A DNA stretch of 64,000 bases from Octopus vulgaris (taxonomy: Eukaryota). Every line of letters starts with the position of its first letter. The stretch's first letter is position 1. The translations under genes were made by a program, and so were the position numbers. Location of the stretch: NCBI GenBank assembly GCA_951406725.2, contig OX597820.1, positions 310,001-374,000 of the forward strand, in the 5' to 3' direction. The notes beneath the pieces were generated by a model. It searched no databases and was not told where the DNA came from. It saw nothing but the letters and a program-made list of their open reading frames with translations. Of the stretch, positions 54,047 through 64,000 are shown piece by piece.

Positions 54047-54860
54047 TATTGATTGATTGATTGATTGATTCTAGTTTCAGCTTATGAGCTGTGGCCATGC
54101 TGGGGCACCGCCATTTGGTGTTGCTACTTGGTTTCACTTCACGAAAGGCTTTCTAGCAACTGCCATTTGGTGCATGAGAGAGTTCGATGCAGCTGCCCTC
54201 ATCTGCCCCTCCTGCCGTGAAGTTGGTTCATCTGGGACACCTGACAGGAAGAGATCCAGCTTCATTTTAAAGACATCTGCATCCACCCCATGCAGGTCTC
54301 TCAGGTTCTTCGGGAGGATATTGAAGAGCTGTGGGCCTCGGAAGCCCAGGCTATCACAGAATCTTGTCCTACATCTTGATGGCAAGTTTGGAGTCCTAGG
54401 CACCACGCAGTGGCGCCCAGTTCTGGCATTTGCGTAACTCTCGATGCCAAAGTTCAGGACACGTTCCCTCCAGGATCTTCCAGATGTATATTATGGCATA
54501 TCTTTCCCGCCTACGCTCCAGGGAATATAGTTTTAATCTCTTGAGTCTTTCCCAGTAGCTTACATTCTGCATAGAGGCTATCTTCTTCGTGTAGCTACGT
54601 TGGATCGCCTCGAGCTCTGTGATCAACTTGACACTGGATGGTGACCATAACTGAGAGCAGTAGTCAAAGTGGCTTAGGACAAGTGTCCTCCAGAGGACCA
54701 TCATGGTTTCTTGTTCTCTTGTTCTAAAGGTTCTGAGGATCCATCCGGCCAGTCGTCTACATTTCATTGCCAATTTAGCAACATGTACACGAAAGGTCGC
54801 GTCATCACTCATGTAAATACCTAGGTCACGCACTGATTGTGCCTCTGGGATTGCTATTCT
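54047..54860 (-). mobile_element. 5'-truncated family-A LINE
   Basis: Near-identical to 1178-1985. Confidence 0.93.
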
Positions 54861-54861
54861 A

Positions 54862-55065
54862 TGAGGCTCCGGCAGGGGTTGGTGGGGGTGGTGGCGATCC
54901 CTGCTATTCTCTTTCGCCACAACTTTCTCTCACTCTTTCTTCTGTTGGCCAGCTCGCTTAGCCAGCAGGGTGGCGTCATTTGACGGCTAAAACAATGCGA
55001 AGCGCATTGTGACCAGTGATGTGTAGCAACATCTGAGAGCCTGGTCGGTCACGGTGGTCAAGGTG
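54862..55065 (+). mobile_element. tRNA-derived SINE (family 4), 5'-truncated
   Basis: Reverse complement of 60372-60560. Confidence 0.75.
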
Positions 55066-55097
55066 ATATATATATATATATATATATACATGAATAT

Positions 55098-57299
55098 AAA
55101 GGAAGAGTGATTTGGAGACTAAACCAAAATGGTGAGTTTTTTAATATTACTTGTTTTTTTGGCTTGGAGAAGCCATTACGAAAGACTGCTGAATGTGGAG
55201 AATGAATGGGAGGAGGAGAGTCTGCCAAATGTCGACCCAACTGAGGGACCAGCTATCCGAATAGATAGCTTGCTGGTAGATAAAGCAATTAAGGGTATGA
55301 AGTCAAGAAAAGCCTCCGGCCCACCAGAAATCCCTACTCTGATGCTTAAAATATCTGGTGGTGTGGGCTATGGCCTAGTCATCCGTATTGTAAATCAGGT
55401 AGTTCACAAAGGAATCATACCCAACGACTGGCATAGCAGCACCATAGTCAACTGCTACAAAGGTAAAGGTGATGCTCTAGGTAGAAATAACTGCAGGGGT
55501 ATCAAACTACTGGATCAGCTGATGAAGGTCATCGAGAGGGTCACAATCCATCTCATTAGGGAGAGAATCCGCTTTGATGAGATGCAGTTCGGTTTTGTGC
55601 CGGGTAGAAGCTCCACTGATGCCATATTCATGGTTCTACAACTGCAGGAGAAATACTTAGCCAAATGCCTATACTTAGCTTTTGTGGACTTGGAGAAAGC
55701 CTTTGACAGGGTCCCCTGATCCCTTATATGGTGGGTGATGCGGAAACTGGGGATTGACGAATGGTTAATAAGGGCTGTACAAGCCTTATACAGAGAAGCC
55801 GTTGGGAAGGTTAGGATTGGCAATGAGTAAAGTGAAGAGTTCCGGGTAGAAGTAGGGGTCTACCAAGGATCAGCCCTCAGTCCCCTTTCATTCACCATCG
55901 TCCTCTAGGCAATAACAGAGGAATTCAAGATGGGTTGCCCCTGGGAGCTCCTCTATGCTGATGACCTGGCCTTCATAGCAGAATCACTACCGGATCTAGA
56001 GAAGAAATTTCAGGTGTGGAAGCAAGGTTTACAATCAATGGCCTTAGAGTCAATGTAGCAAAGACCAAAGTTCTAGTAAGTAGGAAGGCAAACTCATCAC
56101 ACCCTCAGGTAGGTGGTCCTGCTTGATCTGTAGAAAAGGTGTAGGTAGAAACTCCATAAGATGAACCCAGTGTAAGCTATGGACACATAAGAGGTGCAAC
56201 AACATCAAAGAAAGATTAACCGAGAAGATAGCTTTTGTGTGCAGCAGATGCATTGGGGTAATAAACACCACAGATGCTCAGAAATTAGATTCCATCACAC
56301 TCCAGGGGAAGAAACTAGAAGTAGTTGAAAGCTTCCGCTACCTAGGTGACCAAGTTAGTAGTAGGGGAGAATGCTCTGAGAGTGTTACCACTAGAGTAAG
56401 AATAGCCTGGGCAAACTTCAGAAAGCTTCTACCCCTACTGGTGACAAAGCTCTCATGCTCAGAGTGAAAGGTAGATTGTACAAAGCATGTATGCAAACTG
56501 CCATGCTTCACAACAGAGAAACATGGGCCATGACTGCGGAGAACATGCGTAGGCTTGAAAGAAATGAAGCTGGTAAGATCCGCTGGATGTGTACTGTCAG
56601 TGGGCACACACGACAGAGAGTAAGCACCCTGAGAGAAATGCTGGACATAAGAAGCATCGGGTGTGACATGCAAGAGAGACGCTTGTGCTGGTATGGTAAT
56701 ATACTACGGATGGACGAGTGGAGCTGTGTGAAGAAGTGACACTCCCAAACAGTTGAAGGAATCCGGGGTAGAGGTAGACCCAAGAAGACATGATAAGGTA
56801 GTGAAGCATGACCTTTGAATGTTGGACCTCACAGAGGCAATGATGAAAGACCAAGACCTCTGGAGATATGCTGTGACTGCGAAGACCCAGCAAATAAAGT
56901 GAGTTCACGGCTGTATCCTACACCAGTTACAGCCCTAGCCCATTCAAAAGCACCTTAGATCATAGGGCGACCTGCTTGAGGAGACCTATTGAGCTAAGTA
57001 CATCAACATCAAAATGAAAATCAAATGGAAATTGTAGTTGTGATACGTGTGCTGGTGGCATGTAAAAAGCACCACCCAAACGTGGCCGATGCCAGTGCCA
57101 TCTTCACTGGCTTCCAGGCCGGTGGCACGTAAAAAGCACCCACTACACTCACAGAGTGGTTGGCGTTAGGAAGGGCATCCAGCTGTAGAAACATTGCCAG
57201 ATCAGATTGGAGCCTGGTGCAGCCCCCTGGCTTCCCAGACCCCAGTCGAACCGTCCAACCCATGCTAGCATGGAAAACGGACGTTAAACGATGATGATG
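55098..57299 (+). mobile_element. Decayed RTE-clade LINE (RT, PHD insert, 3'UTR, (GAT)n tail)
   Basis: RGIKLL, QFGFVPGRSSTDAIF, AFVDLEKAFDRVP, LLYADDL, FRYLG, GRGRP; stops and frameshifts. Confidence 0.92.
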
Positions 57300-57914
57300 C
57301 AAACACACACATATATATGTATATATATATATACACACGCATACACACACACACATATATACATACGTATGCACACATATATATACATACGTATGCACAC
57401 ATATACATACATATACACACATATACATACATATACACACACATATATATATACATACATACAAATGCACACACACATACATACAATAACACACACACAT
57501 ATATATACACATACATACATGTATATATACATACATATGCAGGTACATATACATATGCACACATAAATCTATATATAAATATGCACACCTCTCTATCTAT
57601 ATATATATATATATATGCACACATATCTATAGATACACACACAAACATATCTATATAAACACACACATATGCACACATACATATACACATATATACATGC
57701 ATACGTACACACAGATTTAAATACAGATATCTATATATATATACTTCCAAACATATATCAATATATACATATAGACACATGACTATATACATACACACAG
57801 ATCTATATATTCATTCAGACACATGTCCATATATACATATACACACATAACCCATGCTAGCATGGAAAGCGGACGCTAAACGATATCTATATATACATAC
57901 ATATCTATATATAC

Positions 57915-58305
57915 GTATACTCTTTTACTTGTTTCAGTTATTTGACTGTGGCCATGCTGGAGCACCGCTTTAAATCGAGCAACTCGATCCCGGGACTTAT
58001 TCTTTGTAAGCCCAGTACTTATTCTATCGGTGTCTTTTGCCGAACCGCTAAGTGACGGGGACATAAACACACCAGCATCAGTTGTCAAGCAATGCTAGGG
58101 GGACAAACACAGACACACAAACATACATGCACATATATATATATATACATATATACGACGGGCTTCTTTCAGTTTCCGTCCATCAAATCCACTCACAAGG
58201 CTATGGTCGGCCTGAGGCTATAGTAGAAGACACTTGCCCAAGGTGCCACGCAGTGGGACTGAACCCGGAACCATGTGGTTCGTAAGCAAGCTACTTACCA
58301 CACAC
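57915..58305 (-). mobile_element. Near-complete family-1 tRNA-derived SINE
   Basis: On -: TGTGTGGTAAG A box, GGTTCAGTCCC B box, LINE-like 3' end. Confidence 0.85.
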
Positions 58306-58344
58306 ATACATATATATCTACATACATATATCTATATATACATA

Positions 58345-60357
58345 CAGGGGTTTCAAGCTGTTGGATCAGGTAATGAAGGTTACAGAGAGGGTCACAGCCC
58401 AACTAATTAGAGAGAGAGTTAGTTTAGATGAGATGCAGTTTGGGTTCGTGCCAGGGGAAAGTACTACTGATGCTATATTCCTGGTAAGACAGCTGCAGGA
58501 GAAATACCTAGCCAAAGATAAGCACCTGTACCTGGCTTTTGTTGACATGGAGAAAGCCTTCGACAGGGTCCCCCGATCCCTTATCTGGTGGTCAATGAGG
58601 AAACTAGGGATAGATGAATGGTTAGTGAGAGCTGTGCGAGCCATACAGAGACGCTGCTAGTAAGGTTAGGGTTGGCAATGAGTACACTAAAGAATTCCGG
58701 GTAGAGGTAGGGGTCCACCAAGGTTCAGTCCTCAGCCCCCTCCTATTTATCATAGTCCTCCAGGCAATAATGGAGGAATTCAAGACAGGATGCCCCTGGG
58801 AGCTCCTCTATGCTGATGACCTTGCTCTAATTGCTGAGTCACTATCAGAACTGGAGGAGACGTTTCAGGTGTGGAAGCAAGGATTAGAATCGAAGGGCCT
58901 TAGAGTCAACCTAGCTAAAACCAAAGTCCTAATAAGTAGGAAGGTAGACAAATCACAAATGCTTTCAGGTAGATGGCCCTGCTCGATCTGTAGAAAAGGC
59001 ATAGGTAGAAACTCTATAAGTTGCACCAAGTGTAAGCTATGGACACATAAGAGGTGCAGCAATGTCAAAGGAAGGCTAACTAGGAAAATAGTTTTTGTAT
59101 GTGGCAGATGCTCTGGTGCAATAAACACTGAAAATGCGCAGAGACCAACTTCTGCCACTTTCCAGGGAGAAAAACTAGAAATAGTTGATAGGTTCCGTTA
59201 CCTAGGTGACCAAGTCAGTAGCGGGGGTGGGTGTGCTGAAAGTGTAACTGCTAGAATAAGAATAGCTTGGGCAAAGTTCAGAGAGCTCTTACCTCTGCTG
59301 GTGACAAAAGGCCTCTTGCTCAGAGTAAAAGGCAGACTGTATGATGCATGTGTACGAACAGCCATGCTACATGGTAGTGAAACATGGGCCCTGACTGCTG
59401 AGGATATGCATAAGCTCGCAAGAAATGAAGCCATACTTGACAGAATGTAAGTACCTTGAGAGAAAAGTTGGACCTAAGAAGCATCAGTTGTGGTGTGCAA
59501 GAAAGACGTTTGTGCTGGTATGGTCATGTGACGAGAATGGATGAAGATAGTTGTGTGTAAAAGTGCAATACCCTAGCGGTTGAGGGAACCTGTGGAAGAG
59601 GTAGACCCAGGAAAACCTAGGACGAGGTGGTGAAGCACGACCTTCGAACTTTAGGACTCACCGAGGAAATGACTAGAGACCGAGACCTATGGAAGTATGC
59701 TGTGCGTGAGAAGACCTGGCAGGACAAGTGAGACCATAACCCATGGCCTCTACCTGGGATGTAGCCAGTCCACTTATGCATACCTTTCCCTCTTGGGACA
59801 CAAAACTCTAATTGTGAAGACCTGTTGAAGTGAGAATCAAAATTGAAATCGATCAACATCAATAGAAATTGTAGTTGTGATACCAGTGCCGGTGGCACGT
59901 AAGCGAACCATCCGAACGTGGCCATTGCCAGAGTGCCAGTGCCACGTAAGCGAACCATCCGAACGTGGCCGTTACCAGAGTGCCGGTGGCACGTAAGCAA
60001 ACCATCCGAATGTGGTCGTTGCCAGTGCTGCCCCAACAGGCCTCCGTGCTGGTGGCACATAAAAAGCACCATCCGATTGTGGCCATTGCCAGCCTTGCCT
60101 GGCCCCCGTGCTGGTGGCACGCAAAAAGCACCATCCGACCATGGCCGTTTGCCAGCCCCGCTAGCACCTGTGCCGGTGGCACGTAAAAAGCACCCACTAC
60201 AATCACGGAGTGGTTGGCATTAGGAAGGGCATCCAGCCATAGAAACATTGCCAGATTAGACTGGGCCTGGTGCAGCCTTCTGACTTCCCAGACCCCAGTT
60301 GAACCGTCCAACCCATGCTAGCATGGAAAGCGGATGCTAAATGATGATGATGATGAT
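58345..60357 (+). mobile_element. 5'-truncated RTE-clade LINE with internally repeated 3'UTR (59885-60190)
   Basis: ORFs 58361-58660 and 58770-59450 (LLYADDL); (GAT)n tail. Confidence 0.93.
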
Positions 60358-60371
60358 ATATCTATATATCA

Positions 60372-60666
60372 CCGTCACTGTGACCAACCAGGCTATCAGA
60401 TGTTGCTACACATCACTGGTCACAATGCGCTTCGCATTGTTTTAGCCTTCAAATGACGCCACCCTGCTGGCTAAGCGAGCAGGCCAACAGAAGAAAGTGT
60501 GAGAGAAAGTTGTGGCGAAAGAGTACAGCAGGGATCGCCACCACACCCTGCTGGAGCCTCGTGAAGTTTTAGGTGTTTTCGCTCAATAAACGCCCGGTCT
60601 GGGATTCAAAACTGCGATCCTACAACAATGAGTACGCTGCCCTAACCACTGGGCCATTGCGCCTCC
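60372..60666 (-). mobile_element. tRNA-derived SINE (family 4), full length
   Basis: On -: GGAGGCGCAATGGCCCAGTGGTTAGGGCAGCG..GTTTTGAATCCC head. Confidence 0.8.
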
Positions 60667-60719
60667 ACATATCTATATATACATACACATATATATCTAT
60701 ATATCTACATATATATATA

Positions 60720-61452
60720 TCTCTATATATAAAACTGAAATGCGTTTTTACCGCTTGGATCGCTTTGAAGGCCACTACATCCCGTCCGATTCACTCCAAA
60801 ATTTACAGGGATATGTAAAATGAGGTGACGATGCCCGTGGGCTACCTTAGAAATCCCTATCTTAAAAGGCGTCGTTGCTAGGGCCAAAAACCCACTTTGA
60901 CAAGTTCACTCCGGTTCTTTAATGTATCTGTCTTCCTCAACTCACTCTCGCTATTTCCTCTCTTCCCAGCACTTTTTCACTCAGTCTATTTCCTGCATTC
61001 CCATTACTTTCACTTCCTCAAACGACCTTCTTTTATGTATCTGTCTGCATTCATAGAGAGAATTATCATCGCCACAGCTATCACATTCTATTGTCTGCCT
61101 GTCAACGAGCCAATCGAGCAAATACAAACAGAACACACCAACCAGCATTCGTGTTCTGGTGATAACGTAGGTTTTTCGTATCTATTACATTTTAACATTT
61201 ATTTAGAACCCTGCAAATTTTTCGTGCTAAATTTTCATTTTTTACTACTTTATTATTTTTTCTTAAATTGATGCTTTTATTAAAATTAATTCTAATTGTC
61301 TGGGTCAACAGTTAATTTCCTCAGAGGATATGGAAATTCTTATTACCCGTCAGAGAAATAACTCCAGCAGCTCACAACTATTTCAACAAAGACAAGGTTA
61401 CCTGCTTACCAGTCGAATTCAGCGTCAACGCTCACATATGACAGAGACTCCA

Positions 61453-61485
<33 letters not shown>

Positions 61486-61507
61486 CATAATGTGTGCACA
61501 CACACAT

Positions 61508-61590
<83 letters not shown>

Positions 61591-62774
61591 GTGTGCATTA
61601 TGTGGTCGGTCGGTTCAGCTGAAAATATGCACACCTATGTTAAAAGTGCTCGCAAGTTTGCATGACAACTATTTTTTTCCCTCAAATGAAAAGCGTGACC
61701 TCTAGGACAAAATTCCTCATCTTATAAAATGTAGCCCCAGTAGACCCAAATGAAATCGGATTATATTAACCAAAATGTGAAAAGGGTCTAAAGGGGGCTG
61801 GAAGGGGATTAAAATTTAAATGAGCGAGTGTTTAGGAATTCTCTGTTACATCAAGCTAAAAAATTTGCACCAGCCTTTTAATCGTCAATGTGTTGCCGTC
61901 CATGATGAAGTTTTGAATGCTTGCCATGGTGAGTCTACTGTCGTGAGAAAGAATCACTTCAAAACTTGGTGTTTACGAATTTTCTTTTACATCAAGTTCA
62001 AAATTTTACGCCAGCCGTTAAACTGTCAATACGTTGCTGTCCGTCGTTAAGAAATACTAGCCATGGTGACTCTACTATCCTCAGATTCTATCCCTTCAAA
62101 CTTTGGTTTCCAATATTTTATTATTCTTATTCAGCTCGCAAGTTCGTCTGTCCCTTTTAAATGTTAGGGTTTTGCTGTCTGCCTTGAAGCAGACCTTTCC
62201 ATTGTTACCGCCTGATATTTATGATTGATCTTTCTAAATATTTTATTTATCAACTTACTCAAGATCTTTTGTTGTTTATAAATGGGAGAGAGATAGATAA
62301 AGATAGAGAGTAAGAGAAAGCGAGGGAGAGTCCGAGAGAAAGGAAGAGTAAGAGAGCGGGGAAAGTGAGAGAGAAAGGAGAGAGAAACAAAGAGGGAGAA
62401 TCATCATCATCATCGTTTAACGTCCGTTTTCCGTGCTAGCACGAGTTGGACAGTTTGACCGGGATCTGGGAAGCCAGGAGGCTGCACCAGGCTCCAGTCT
62501 GATCTGGCAGTGTTTCTACAGGTGGATGCCCTTCCTAACGCCAACCACTCTGTGAGCGTAGTGGGTGCTTTTTCGTGCCGCCGGCACAGGTGCCAGGGGG
62601 GCTGGCAGCGGCCACGATCAGTTGGTGCTTTTTACGTGCCACCGGCACAGAAGCCAGTCAAGGCAGCGCTGCAATCGGCCACGTTCGGATGGTGCTTTTT
62701 ACATGCTGAAAGGAAGCAACAGAAAATAACAACCACACTCTTACCCGCGCGTAGAGCGGGTCACCTTCAGCTAG
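60720..62774 (+). mobile_element. Non-autonomous Helitron, copy 1
   Basis: A|TCTCTATATATAAAAC start; hairpin ACCCGC-GCGTAGA-GCGGGT followed by CTAG end. Confidence 0.85.
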
Positions 62775-63790
62775 TCTCTATATATAAAACTGAAATGCGT
62801 TTCGACCACTTGGATCGCTTTCAAGGCCACTACATCCCGTCGGATTGACTCCAAAATTTACAGGGACATGTAAAATGAGGTGACGATGCCCGTGGGCTAC
62901 GTTAGAAATCCCTATCTTAAAAGGTGTTGTTGCTAGGGCCAAAAACCCACTTTGACAAGTCCACTCCCATTCTTTTACGTATCTGTCTTCCTCACTCACG
63001 CTATTTCCTCCATTCCCCTCTAACTCCCCTTCAGTTTCCCTTTATAAGTTCGTCAAACGGCGTTCTTTATCTCGCTGTCTGCATTCGTAGAGAGAATTAT
63101 CATTGCCACCAACAACACACAATCATGAGAACAAATATTATGAATCAGATATTTCTTGCGTTCATTTATATATGTGTGTGTGTGTGTTCTATATATAAAT
63201 ATGCATATATAATGTATATATACAAAGTGTACATATCTGTATTTATGTATATTAAACTTTTTAATACTTTTTGATAGTTATATATATTTTTAAACAAATT
63301 ATAAATATAATTTAATAATTATTTTAAATTTAAATAATTTAAATTTTTCAATTTTATATTTTATATATTTTATATATTATATTTTTATGTTTTTGTTTTT
63401 CACTGTTTGATTTGCCTATTAGTGGTTTTATCTCTAATTTAATTTATACATATATATATAATTTCCGTGCTAGCACGGGTTGGACAGTTTGACCGGGGTC
63501 TGGGAAGCCAGGAGGCTGCACCAGGCTCCAGTCTGATCTGGCAGTGTTTCTACAGGTGGATGCCCTTCCTAACGCCAACCACTCTGTGAGCGTAGTGGGT
63601 GCTTTTTTTGTGCCGCCAGTACAGGTGCCAGGATCGGTTGGTGCTTTTTATGTGCCACCGGCACAGAAGCCAGTCAAGGCGGCGCTGCAATCGGCCACGT
63701 TTGGATGGTGCTTTTTACATGCTGAAAGGAAGCAACAGAAAGTAACAACCACACTCTTACCCACGCGTAGAGCGGGTCACCTTCAGCTAG
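62775..63790 (+). mobile_element. Non-autonomous Helitron, copy 2, head-to-tail with copy 1
   Basis: Same 5' ~230 bp and the same 3' hairpin + CTAG|T. Confidence 0.85.
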
Positions 63791-63832
63791 TATACATATA
63801 TATCTATATATACATATATCTATAAATGCATA

Positions 63833-63872
<40 letters not shown>

Positions 63873-64000
63873 TATATTTATATATATATATATATATATA
63901 TACTATATATGCATATATATATCTATATATACATATACATATCTATATATACATATACATATCTATATATGCATATATATATCTATATATACATATACAT

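Overview
AT-rich eukaryotic (animal) genomic DNA, most likely from an octopus or other coleoid cephalopod. This is inferred from the huge (TA)n tracts and the SINE/LINE repertoire, not from a database match. There are three 100-N assembly gaps. The only host gene I can support is the 3' part of a CCDC91 (GGA-binding partner/p56)-like coiled-coil gene on the + strand: three phase-0 exons at 6319-6408, 28078-28191 and 32908-33300. The rest is dominated by mobile DNA: two CR1/L2-type LINE families (one near-full-length copy with a Myb/SANT + CCCH ORF1), RTE LINEs with a PHD finger inside ORF2, a Neptune-type Penelope-like element (RT + GIY-YIG) with an inverted terminal copy, tandem Helitrons, piggyBac/pogo/hAT/mariner-type MITEs, several tRNA-derived SINE families, and a 92-bp satellite derived from an RTE 3' UTR. 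The most striking signal is a set of type-I hammerhead ribozyme (HHR) motifs in at least five different small non-coding elements. Several of these are inserted as foldbacks (an inverted 3' copy joined to a forward copy). One family couples a tRNA-like Pol III head to an HHR tail, which suggests SINEs mobilised by Penelope-like elements. Most ORFs in the supplied track are microsatellite translation artefacts.
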